Origin: Haliotis rubra
Lineage: Eukaryota
Assembly: GCF_003918875.1 (NCBI RefSeq)
Contig: NW_025765558.1
Coordinates: 1,240,001 to 1,304,000, forward strand
Direction of reading: 5' to 3'
DNA: 64,000 nt
Positions 11,300 through 22,720 of this stretch are shown here, piece after piece. The translations under genes were made by a program, and so were the position numbers. The notes under the pieces were generated by a model. That model did not search any database. It had not been told where the DNA came from and saw nothing but the letters and a program-made list of their open reading frames with translations. How positions within the stretch are numbered: position 1 is the first letter of the stretch; the number at the start of each line of letters is the position of its first letter.

Positions 11300-12720
11300 T
11301 GCTAAATTATTACTCTAAAATGACTGAAAAATTGTGTAGGCAAAGGAACACATAACACGGTATAAAACCACAAAAATAATTGTGATCTAATAGAAAAACA
11401 TGTGGTAGACGTATTGAGGACAATTCCAAATTTGGGTCATAAGAAGGCAAAACATCTGGTATGTTTATGATACAGACGGATTCGTACAATTAACTCCGGA
11501 TTCGACCCATGAAGACCCGACTTAGACTTGGTCTTCAGCAATCCATGCGTGTTATAAGAGGCGACTGGGGTCGGGTGGGCAGGCTCGCTGACTTGGTTAA
11601 CACTTGTAATCGTGTCTCAGTTGCGTAGATCTAAGCTGCTGATGTTGATAAATCGATTGTTTGGTCATTTACGGAGATAAGCAGAGTTAAACAAAACACA
11701 AACAAAATTCTGTATTCAACAGATAATTATATAAGATGTCGAATGGGTTAGGTAGTTTCATTCTCTAAACGGTAGCTGCCAAATAAACATGTGGCACCTC
11801 ACATACTGTAAACATTCTAAATATTCCTTTGAGTAAGATACGGTAGAACCATGCCAATACAAGTGTGGAAAAAAACGCACAATCCCATGGATACCGGTGG
11901 TCTTTTTTTGCTTTTTCGACTTGGTCTCGTCAACAATCTCGTCGTCAGTAATTAGGGTTGTCGTGACTGTAATGCCTGTAATCCAGCTTATCCAGCTGTT
12001 ATCGTGTTTATTTGACTCCCATTCCCTCGTACCGCATTGTTTTGGTGGCCAGAATTTATCATCATGTTGCGATCAGCACTGGGAGCTCTCCTACACAACC
12101 TTAACACCACTCTCTGAGGTAAACAAAATGAAGAGTTTAATGACTCCATGGATCAATTAAACTAAGGTGCTGGGATTTCATCGGAAAAGCTGATTCTGTC
12201 CCGAGAGGGATTTTATGTTCCACTCAGATTAAGTGAACAAATTAGCATTTAAAACCCTGATCCTCATGGTATTACGATGCAAAAGAGGAATGTCTTTTTA
12301 GATGAAAATGCTCTGCCTGAGACCCTAAGACCCACACGTTCGGTTGTAATGAAACCCTTAGATTGCCGCTCTACTGTGACCAAATATTACAATATCAAGG
12401 TTTACATGTACTCTGTAGTTCTAACTGCAGTTGCTAGGGGAACGAAAATAGTAGTTCAAACTGCAGTTGCTAGGGGAACGAAAACAGGAAATATCCCTGA
12501 GGGTAACCAATGGCAGTTTCAGTAATCGACATGGCCATTTGATGAAGATTTTCTTAACAAAGATATCAGAAGTTACCACAGAAAACAAACAAACATTGAG
12601 TAGTTGTGATCTTTACAAATCCATTGAAAATGAAGTCTTTATGTTTTACACGAAACAGAACATTTGCTCGATACGCACGAATGAAAAAGGTACAAAATCC
12701 TTTCTATAAGCACAAGAAAT
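11300..12720 (-). pseudogene. Decayed HN-like gene interrupted by a SINE (11504-11705); copies at ~24900-26000 and 39110-40250
   Basis: FCIVIP.GSGF.MLICS (cf. SCSVSATPLGCDMLCS), ILFPSDIG (cf. LYPSVG), QCG...SWISWITGI(P/T)VTTTLITDD (cf. CPG..SHSPWFSDRRMVNSIIVVD), GKCKLENP..VSAEY, LNTSTTCFS at ~11394-11418 (cf. YTTSTCF). Confidence 0.65.
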
Positions 12721-12879
12721 CTCAGATCAAAGCAGTCTGTTTTCTACAGCTATAAACCTTTTGATAGCTTTGCGGGTGCCTTTTTGTAACCCTGATCGAA
12801 CAATATTCGAGTAAGAAGGGTTAATGTTTCATGAAAAGACCATGCTAGACTGTACTTTAAAATTGTGAAAATTACACTG

Positions 12880-13400
12880 GAGATATATGTAAGACATTTA
12901 TTGTGAAAGGAAGATATCAAAAGCTGAAACTCATTGAATGTTAAGTATTAAAGTAATATTCGGTAACTTTTCTTTCATGATAAAGCTGCAGTCTTTGGTG
13001 TGTACATTGGACTACGTTTTAGGCACGAATGTGTTGTGTTAAGTCCGACTTCAAAGACTCTCATACGACGTACGCTCAAACATTGATTGATCAGGTTCCT
13101 GATATATTATGATGGATAAAAGACGTTTCTAATGTCTTGCTATTGCTGGAATACCATGGTGACAGCTAATATCAGACACGATTTTATTGACATCATATAC
13201 TGCAAGCCTGGAGCAAGCTTGTTCCAGTCAAACAAAACACCAACGTTCATCACAGGCAAATAAACGGCTGTTTCAGTCTTTGTTTTAAAAATAAGTATGG
13301 TTTGAGTCAAGGTTGGTGTGGTTTAAGTTCTCATTTGACAAGCTTGTCACCCAATTTCGGTTCTCCACATCGGTTCAAATATGTGACTGACTTAGCCCGT
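12880..13400 (-). pseudogene. Possible decayed F-like C-terminal ectodomain fragment
   Basis: IIYQEPDQ (cf. IINQDPDK) and SAFDI (cf. PLDIS). Weak similarity only. Confidence 0.3.
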
Positions 13401-13734
13401 GTTTTAAATTTGACTTCGTATTTATGATGCAGTTGCGCATATGTAAATCTTGTCTCGTTGCTATGTGGCTGAAATAATGTTCTTGCGAGGTTTTACATTT
13501 TTACATTTTCTGTCCCTAAGATGTGTTAGACTTCATTGTCCATTGTCGTGCAAATTTGGCTTACATCTGGTAACAATTCAGAAACACTTAATCCTTTCCA
13601 ATACTCTGTTATGACCCCGGTCGTCTTTAGGTCTAGTCTTCCATACGACTAGTGGAAGGAATGTCTGTATAAAATGTGTGAATGTGAGTGTGAGTGGGTG
13701 TGTGTTCGCGTGCGCGTGCGTGCGCGCAAATACA

Positions 13735-14345
13735 GCCGTTCCTTTATATGCCCAGCTGGACACTCCAGATGCGAGACTTAATTGTGAACATACGGAATGA
13801 CCTTGACTTGGAATCGGAAGCACAAACACCCATCAAGGTGGGATAACCGGCGGATTATGTTTCTTGAGGCAGCATAGCTGATTGTCGTGTCGTAATTACA
13901 TAGCACATAGCATGACACCGCAGCAACGCCTCCAATTCCAGGAATTATGTTCACAATCGCACGTCGGAAACAGTGACTGCTGATTATGAGATTTCCAATC
14001 TCCCCACTGCTCTCAAATCGCTATTCATTAGAAACCCATTAACTCTCCCTGGGGATTGCATGCGAGACAGTATCATCTGCATTCATCCCCTGTGCTTGGT
14101 GAAACGTTCTTCATAATCTCAGAACTCTGTGCGGAGTCTGCAGACGCATGACTGCTGATACGATTTGTAAGTTAGCAGAGATTTCTTATGAATGTGCAAA
14201 AGGTTTTTCGCTTTTATTTATTGAAACGAGTAATATGGATTATTGAGGTGATGCAGACATATTGCACAGATCATTTAGAATCTCCAGCGTGGTACAGTAA
14301 GAGTCGCTCCGTGGTCAGGAAGTTGAGTGAGAGGTCTGGGCGGAA
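13735..14345 (-). pseudogene. Decayed paramyxovirus-like nucleoprotein (N) core fragment; copies at ~27390-28010 and 41395-41950
   Basis: GFLMNSDLRAVGRLEIS.SAVTVSDVR..FLELEALLR (cf. GLASFILTIKFGIETMYPALGLHEFAGELSTLESLM), then SAGYPTL (cf. SAGSYPLLW) and SRTWSFPLSILRNG (cf. GRSYFDPAYFRLG). Confidence 0.55.
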
Positions 14346-14404
14346 TATATATAAGCTCTTCAGAGAAAAGCGTTTCAATCGTAGTGGTCTGAAGAGTCAT
14401 GAGC

Positions 14405-14560
14405 TGTGGGGTAGCCGTGTGCTTAAGGCGTTCGCTCGTCACACCCATGTACGGTTTCCCATATGAGAAAGTGCCTAAAGCCAATTCTAGGTGTGTACCT
14501 GTGTGATATTACTGGAATAATGCTAAAACTGGAGTGAAAGTAACTCACGCACACACTCAA
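14405..14560 (+). mobile_element. SINE family B copy; paralogous copies at ~28065-28200 and 42030-42165
   Basis: Same consensus as 8443-8604, at the same position relative to the N-like fragment in each duplicate. Confidence 0.8.
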
Positions 14561-14739
14561 CAGTGACGTGTTTTCGTCTTGTTGATTACATGATCCATTT
14601 GGACGCAAAGGTTGAAACTCATTTCTTATGTGGTATTTCTGCACAATTCATAAAGCGGCGAAACATATTAACTAAAGAGCTTCATTTCACTGTGCAGAGT
14701 TGCGTACCCTCGCTATCTTTTGTTTGTACTGTACTTCGC

Positions 14740-17700
14740 TGTAACGCCCTCCATATTTAACGTACGGTAACGCTTTCAGTGACGTAACTTACAACCACCA
14801 CTTTCCTGCAACTTTCCTGTACGCACTCTACAATGCATATTCTAAGTAAATGTGACACTTAAGGTTTCATATCTAAAGGACTTCAGTTTGGGTTGTGTGC
14901 TGAAGGAGATACTGGGAAAGAGCCAGGATTAATTCATATTTCTTCAAACAATTGGAATAGAAGCATTGTAGTCGATACTCGGACGTGGTAACTCTCAGTT
15001 AATGATGTTGCTGATCTGTAATATTATCCACGTTTCAGGGCTAACTGCCGGGCAAACGAAAGCGTTCAAGTAGACCGAAGTTTGATTGTGGGTAAAACTG
15101 AAACTTACAAGAAATGGCGATTTGATGGTGATGTATGACAGTTGTGTTTTGAACCTTAGGTTTGCTGTATTTAGGGTAGACTCATCTAGTGTTAGCAGCT
15201 TAACACGGTCATTAAGAGATATGATCGATATTCAGGCCATAAAAGTTACAAAGCGAGAAGCAATCGTGGCTAATAGATAAAACTCGTTTATGGACGAAGC
15301 CTGAGTCTTAATTGTGGCAGTGTCTGGAACATGCTTGTTCTTGAGACATTGATTCGGTTTGACGCTCGCTGTCTGGTAGAAGCTGTTCTTCAAAATTCAT
15401 TGTGTTGTTTTATAATTCCTTTCAACAAGTATCATGGTTTGAAATTGAACATTCTGCTTTGACACACACTGAACATAAACAGGCTCTCTTTGTGTCAATG
15501 CACAACAATCCATTCTCAATAACATCAGAATCTAACAAGTGGATAACGTACGATCACTTAGGGCAGAGAGCGTTCAAACCTTGGTTAAAACACAAACCTA
15601 CCAGAATCAAGATGTACAGATTTGATGCTGTGCCATTTGCTTTTGAAGGCGTGTGTAAAGTAACCAACTACCCAGCACTTGTTTACCTAAAAAAGATATA
15701 TTTGCTTAGTTATGTAGGACCCCCCAAAAAACAAAACAAAAAACCCCAAAAAACAACAACCAATAGTAACAACAACAAAAAACAAAACAAAAGAAAAACA
15801 AAACATTAACACACAGAAAAACAACACAAAGCATAACAATGTGCTCTTTTCTTGAGGCTGAGTGATCCAATGTGTTGACGTCTTAACTTGAAGACTTTAT
15901 AAAGGTCTCTAAAGAATGCAGTTCTTTGCTGTGTTTTTAAAAAAAAAAAACATAAAAATGAGCATCTGCACTTGTTGGAAATATTGATTGTGCCCTCAAA
16001 CATACGAAAATGTGTTCATCTCAAACCCAACTCCCAACATGAAAAAAAGGTTGCTCCAGAGAGGGTGAGAAAATATTACAGTAATGCTTCCTGCTCACAA
16101 AAAGAAGGCTGAAGTTGTTGACGGATTTCATTTAAGGCTTGGTGGGAAAGAAAAGCCCGTCAATCAGGAGAATGGACTTGACAGTGAAATCTTCTAGATT
16201 AACTTAGTCTACATATATTCCGCTTAATATTGTAGCACCTTTCCCAATTTCAGCCCTGGCTTAGTCATCTGCATATTAATGTTCATAGCTTAAATCCTTT
16301 TAAAATATGCCTTCGCTGTCTTGTAAAGTTATTATATTCACAAAACGTCTGTCCAATATTTTACGCGTATCTTCTTTTGCCTCCACAGGTACACACATTG
16401 AAAATCCACTGATTAACAATTAACAAAGTGCATCTTTTCCTGAACATATCCTTTCTTAGAATCTGACGTTCCCGAGTACTTTGATCATATCATCATGTTA
16501 TAAAGCAATTCAATGTACATTTGGCTATAGTTCGTCAGCTTGAAGGTTCTCCTGGCGAGCTTAAGTCCTCATGTATACTACCTATTAGTGAAATATCTTT
16601 TCAAAGAAAACAGAAAGTTTTCGTTTATGTAAAACTGCAAACTTGTAATCGAGTTTGATGTAATACGGGGGCTTTTATGGCAACCAATTAGGTAAATGAT
16701 AAACGTAAAAGATATTACATGGAATTTAAAAGTATTTGCTTATCTTTTTGCAAGGAATGGAAATACTGATTTCTGATTATAAACGCTTTTTCTCGTCGCT
16801 TTTTTAAACTCTTTCAACACATGACATATCTAACAAAACATTATACCATTATTTAAGTTAAAGTTTCGTAACTTAGACAACTCTATGAGTAATTGGCATT
16901 GCACCTATTACAACACAATCGTTACAAGGCTATATTACAGCCTGGTTCCCTTTGTATGCTGTGGTGGCACAACACTGATAATGGGAATAGATCCACAATG
17001 GCGTAGCCGTTAGACAAAGCAACATGGTTGACAGTGTGCGTATTTACAGGAAACTCTGGAGCAGGTGACACTGCAGACAGATAAGCAAAAACAAGAGACG
17101 CTTTCTTGCCATTGGTTTTCCATCCAAATATCATGACACGATTAGATTTCTTTTGCATATTAATGAATACTGAATATATGTATACGTGTCGAGAATAACG
17201 CCCGTTGTTGCTTCTTGTGAAGGAAAGCATTATTTAATGTCATTCCATATACAAAACTCGTCGTCACCAACGCGAAGCGTAAACCCATTCCATTTACTAC
17301 AACGATGTGGGTGTAAATATTATCGTGTCAGTTCTGCATTGCTTATTATGAAGGTGATAAATAAAGTTTTGAGCTTTATATATATAATTGAGTATATAAT
17401 GGAGCTTACAACGAGTATTGAGGATAAACGCCAGTATAATAACATAACATTACAAAGTAAATAAATATTAGCACTGAAACTGTGTTAGATTTTTTTTATG
17501 AAGGATCACTTGAATGAGTTCAGAGCAGTTATTAAATTTGTTGTCCCACTGGGACAGTACGCTAAAGGAAAAAATGACCGCTTGCTGTGTATAGGAGACC
17601 CTCTCTTTCATGCACCACCACTAAATGATAAGTAAAAAAAATTCAACATGGCTAAATCGAGAAATTACTTTCCACGAACGTACCAGCACTAGCATCATGC

Positions 17701-20700
17701 AGGCAAATACTGACACGGCGCAAAACGTTTAGAATAACAACCAACGAATCACAACTGACATTGATGGAGGAGAGAGCTGACACTGATGATATCACATTGG
17801 AGCATAGAAGCCATCCTTCATGGAAATCGTGGACACCGTCAAAGGTTGATGCAAGATGTGTCCACAAATACTTTCAGATGAAATGAAGATGTCACGAGCC
17901 TCTATCAGTATTTCACTCATGTGCACATATATGGCCAGATGTTTCATTTCGATTAGATACTTGTTAATGATGTCACCTCGACCGACAGATTCCACATCGA
18001 AACAAGTTAAATCTCGCCAAACAAACGTTCCAGATCCATTAAAAAGGTTATAGCCCACTATTGTGAGACGGATGAGGTAGAATGCATGGCGATTTCCTTC
18101 ATTGGGACTCTGCAATAGTTGTGGTGGTGGTTGTCATGAGTGAGGGACGGAAGACTCGCCCACCTGAATCTCCAGACATGGCACAAAGTGATCATTAGCC
18201 ATTTCCAAATCTGGAAAAAAAACCGCTTCTTGTACATAGTGAAATATTTAGTGAAGATAACGAACTTACTGCTGCTTTCGAAGGTCAGTTACGGGATAAA
18301 GGCGTCACCCTCTACAAAAGTGGCATAAATAACTGCTAGACCAATTGAACACAAACATGGAAGTTCGTGGAAATTTACAAAACAAATGGTAATCTTTCTG
18401 AAGGATTTTAACTCAATCTATGTTGAGCACAAACCTTTGCCATCCCCCATGGGTTATCATGGGTTCTCCCACAGTTCTCTCTGAAGGAACTGTCGCCATA
18501 TAGCTTCAATAAACAACATATCATAAAATAGGAAAACCTAAACAAACGGGGAAGAGAGTAAATATGCTGGTAGAGTAAGCATAATAAAAGAACTAGCTGC
18601 AAATGCTGCAGAGCAGACACGTTGGACTGAAGGGAAAATACCAGCCTGTGTTTGCACATTGCGAGGAAATAGTTGGCAAGGCACCGTCAGAGAAATATTG
18701 CTAAATAATTATCCCTGAGAGGAGGCCCACTCGTTTATTGCTAAAGGATATGTAAAACAGTCCTCGTAAAATCGAAACTTTAACATAAATAAGACAATCA
18801 GAGTATGATGTTGTCATTTTGATAATACTGGAGTCGGCAAAGTTAAAACACATGTTTTCTTAGCAAACTATGAAGCACCCTAACCAGCGGGAATGCAGAT
18901 TCCGAGACTTTCGTCATACCAGCAAGTCAAAACCAACACCAGCGAAGCACGTGACACGATTCAGAAAACACCTCGGTACCGCTGGCGCGATAATCATCTG
19001 ATCGTCAGCCGTTATATATATCATGGAACGAAATGGAAAGAGATGACATCCCGGCTGTTGATGTTGATGTTGATCTAGAAATACAACCTTTTCTATTTGA
19101 ACCACTTTTTGACATCGGAAAAGACGGAAGCGACCTACTAACGATAATTCCAGCAGCTTAAGCAGTGAAATATCTGGGAAATATCTGCTCCTGATCCCGA
19201 ATCTTTAAAGAAAGCAGAATAGCCGGTATACATTTTCAGATTTCTTAACTTTGAGTACACATACATTGATAAGAGCGTTTGTTTTACATGGCTAAGCATC
19301 ACGCCAGAATTCCAAACCAAAATAGACTACTGAAAAAAACCCTTAGCATTCAGAGTAGGTTATCACTGCACTGATTTGTACTTTTACGACAGATATATAC
19401 AGGCTTTTAGCGTTTTATTACGACCCTGGTGGTTTACAAAATGTATGCTACACACACCCCCACACACACCATGATACGTATAATAGGACTGTGAAGATGC
19501 ATCTCTGATAAGTAGATGCTTTTCTTTGCTGAAAAATATTACCCCATTTCCGAAAAGGCGAGAATTTCGTGGAGTTCCTGTATAACATTCTTCGATTCCG
19601 CACTTTCAAAGTCCCGGCATCTAGCCCACTCAACCACTGCAGCTTCAACACAATTGACGTAAGACAGCTGGGAGTCTAGATCACAGACTTTGTGTATCCC
19701 TCTGACAAGTGTAAATTTGCACGGCTCCCAAAAAACCCCATAAGGTCCGTCCCAAAACTCGATAAACCCTTTCCATATTCATAGAAAAATATCTGCCAAA
19801 AGCAGAGCAGATTGTGAGATTACGACTACCACTAGGGAGTGTTTCTTTGAGGCTGAAACACCTTTTACCTGTACCCACACTGTAATCCGTTGTGTTTAGA
19901 ACGTGCATCCCTTATAAAGAAATTATCATAAATAATCCTTGGCATGAGATAAGGAGATTACTAAATCTTCTCCTTCCCACATTGCTTACTGCTGTATGGT
20001 GCAGGAGAAACTACTCTCCAACAACACCATCTGTGTGACCACAGTGGAATGTGATCAAGAGATATGCCAGCATATTTGTAAGAATACATGGACGTTTAAC
20101 CTGCATTAACGCTTTCCATACCAGTGACAAGGAACGTGTTAATCTCAGCAAAAATCTGAAACCAAATAAACGCATCTGTGAAACACGTCAGAAACGAATC
20201 GCAATCACGTCACATTTAGTGTTTCGCTTATCAGCATCGGTTTATGGCATGCTTGTTAGTTGGTCTTTCATAAATAAAAGTCTTCCTTTTTATTAACGTT
20301 ATTTTGCCATGCCTCTTCAAGATGGGGTGACGAAGGTGACTGTCACGGAAAAGCAACAGGAAGTGTGTGTGGGTACGGGTAATCATTAACGTTCTTGTGG
20401 GATAACAAGGAAACATGATTATTGGCTGATAATGATATTGCGTGATGATTATGTACCATTCATATTAACCGACGCAATAGTAGATGAGTGAGGACATATT
20501 TGACATTGAAATGGAATATATGTATACATGTATTATAAAAACCTGTCGACGAAGGACAGTAAAACAACTAGAATATCACAATGAGAATTAATACTAGCGT
20601 GGAAAGTTAAAAATGTGGACAATACAATATAAAAACAGGCTAAAGATCACCAGCAATAGTAGACGGAACAAGATGTTTGTATAATATAGAACCACCTTTT

Positions 20701-22560
20701 ATTGGTAACAACTTCTTTCATTTGTGAGTGCGACGTTTCGATATTATAAGTTGTTCACTGGTCTCGAGGGGGACATTGGCTGATTCGATGTTTGTTTATT
20801 CCCTATGTATAAAGAAAAAAGATTTGTGTAAAACAATTGTATATTCTAAGGCTTTGTATTGACTCAGATTGGAACTGTTAGATATTTCATTTGTTGCACA
20901 GCTGGCACAGTAATTTCATCCTTGCGGAGTTGTTATATCTGGTGTGCTTGCCTTAATAGGTTCCATCCCGTCTGGTGACAGCAGGGGAACTTTAATTGCA
21001 ATTGTCAAGAAAACGTCCGTTAAAGGTGCAAGGCAAGCGTCAAGATATTCAAGACAAACAAGTTGTATCAGAGACACTTCCTTGGCCTTGCGTCCTAAAG
21101 GGATCTTGTCTTCGATTAATGAGTATGTCACGTATCTATTTTTTTCAAAGTGATTAGTGTTGCCATTTTTTCCCGAGATGTGCCATGCTTCGTGCCACTC
21201 TTCATGTTGACTGCCCTATTGATCTGTTAATCAGAAACCAATAGGTGGCTGGTGGGTTTGGTGTTTATATCCTAGGAATACTAATAATATAACTTTGTGA
21301 TATCAGTTTACTCAAGATTTGTGTGCTTAATGATAGAGATAGATTGAGTTCTGTTATGGCTAGAAACTGAAGATAACTTTATCTGATGGATATTTCGAAG
21401 AGTTGTTGGTTTTAGAGGACGTTTTACAGTTGACATGGGAGTCCTTATTATTCCCCAGTAACGAACAAATGGCGGGACACAATGTGTTCTTGCTGTTGTA
21501 ATATCTTCCTAGCATCGGAGGACATGGCGACAATTAGATTGGACGAAACAGCTAGTATGAATAAGTGACACATGTAATTCTACGCAGGACACTGACAGTG
21601 TCTAACGTGACGTCTTACCGAATGCGCATTGTCCTCTCTCCAATTACAAAGGGTCGATAGTGGGAATGTTATAAAACAATCAATAATTGGCCAACGACCT
21701 CCGTTGATTGGATGTAACGTTAGTAAAGGATGTGTTGACGTTGATGACCTTAAGATCCCAGTGATAAACATACATGCTTCAGGATGACGTGTAGAAATTC
21801 ATTGCTGAAGTACACCTGCTGTCGTCAGGCCATCTGCCCCGTTTGCAAATGTAATTGCAGAACTTGTCAAATGTATGGGTTTCTGTTAATCATTATATAT
21901 TATCATTTCTTCTAACACACAGGTCATGAGGACAATGTGTTAATACATAATACCATGATTTTAGGAAATACACTATTCTGGTTTTCAGTCAGATGTTTCA
22001 AATCCCAGTTGTCACCTGTGATTGAAACAGTTGATTTGGTAATATTTTGGTTATTTTCAATCGTTGTCTGGAGGTAAATTGGAATAGTGATCAGTGGGAT
22101 TATAGGTTACAAATAGCACTTATCAACGGACAGAAATACGGACAGAGAGTGTGTTAAAGGTTGTAAAAGGACATGGTATCCTTGAGCTAAGAACATAAAA
22201 ACAGGTTGTGTCAAAAGACACCAACACATTTTCAAAACATACTTTTCTTCAGATCCTGACCACGAGTTATTACTCTAAGACTTAATTATTACTCTAAAAT
22301 CACCGAGCACCGAACACTTAACACAGTATAAACTCACACAAATATGATTGTGAACATATAGCAAAATATGTAGTAGATGTATTGAGGACATTCCCAAATT
22401 AGAGGCATGAGCGGCCAAAATGATGAACATCTGGTATCATTACTATTTGATAGTGAATCATGCACATATGTTCCTCATACAGTCATAATCCTACAATTAA
22501 CTCCGGGTTCGACCCGTCAAGATCCAAGTTAGAATTGTTCAGTAACCATGCTTGTCGTGA
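14740..22560 (+). repeat. Segmental duplicate of ~3370-11560
   Basis: Long collinear, diverged matches, e.g. 3897-3960 vs 15228-15292, 5130-5200 vs 17850-17910 and 10140-10350 vs 21170-21400. Confidence 0.95.
15950..18110 (-). pseudogene. Second copy of the M-like fragment, split by a ~1.24 kb insertion (~16490-17730)
   Basis: ORF 17792-18115 (..DIFISSESICGHILHQPLTVSTISMKDGFYAPM) matches ORF 5070-5273. The sequence ttgatcata|gaataacaac, contiguous at ~5001-5020, is split here. Confidence 0.65.
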
Positions 22561-22720
22561 GAGTAATAAACAGAATACTAAACTCGCCTCCGTGAAATAC
22601 CAGCTTTATTAAACTCGTGAATGATTTAGCATCAAACTCGCTATCGCTTGTTTGATACCAAATCATTAACTCGTTTAATAAAAATGGTATTACTCGGAAG
22701 GTCGTTTAGTATCCCCTATT
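22560..22720. mobile_element. Long-hairpin non-autonomous element end (MITE/Helentron-like); longer copy at ~36238-36583
   Basis: Imperfect palindrome aatgatttag.atcaaac ... gtttgataccaaat.att with flanking ataccat/atggtat arms. In the longer copy, ttattactcgcc is inverted relative to gagagtaataa. Confidence 0.6.

Noticed and set aside
11940-12340. Plus-strand L-like PxxFGG/SDP motifs, or rhabdovirus G-like PPKQCG on the minus strand
   Set aside because: These are isolated short matches. The minus-strand HN motif order explains the whole 1.4-kb segment.
13820-13860. Apparent near-exact N motif SAGYPTLMGV
   Set aside because: The MGV part arises from a short deletion private to this copy (the other copies retain agttcagttat), so it was not counted as evidence.
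17960-18060. L methyltransferase-like LFNG..W / CFDVES
   Set aside because: It is in frame with a longer collinear M-like motif series, so M is the better explanation.
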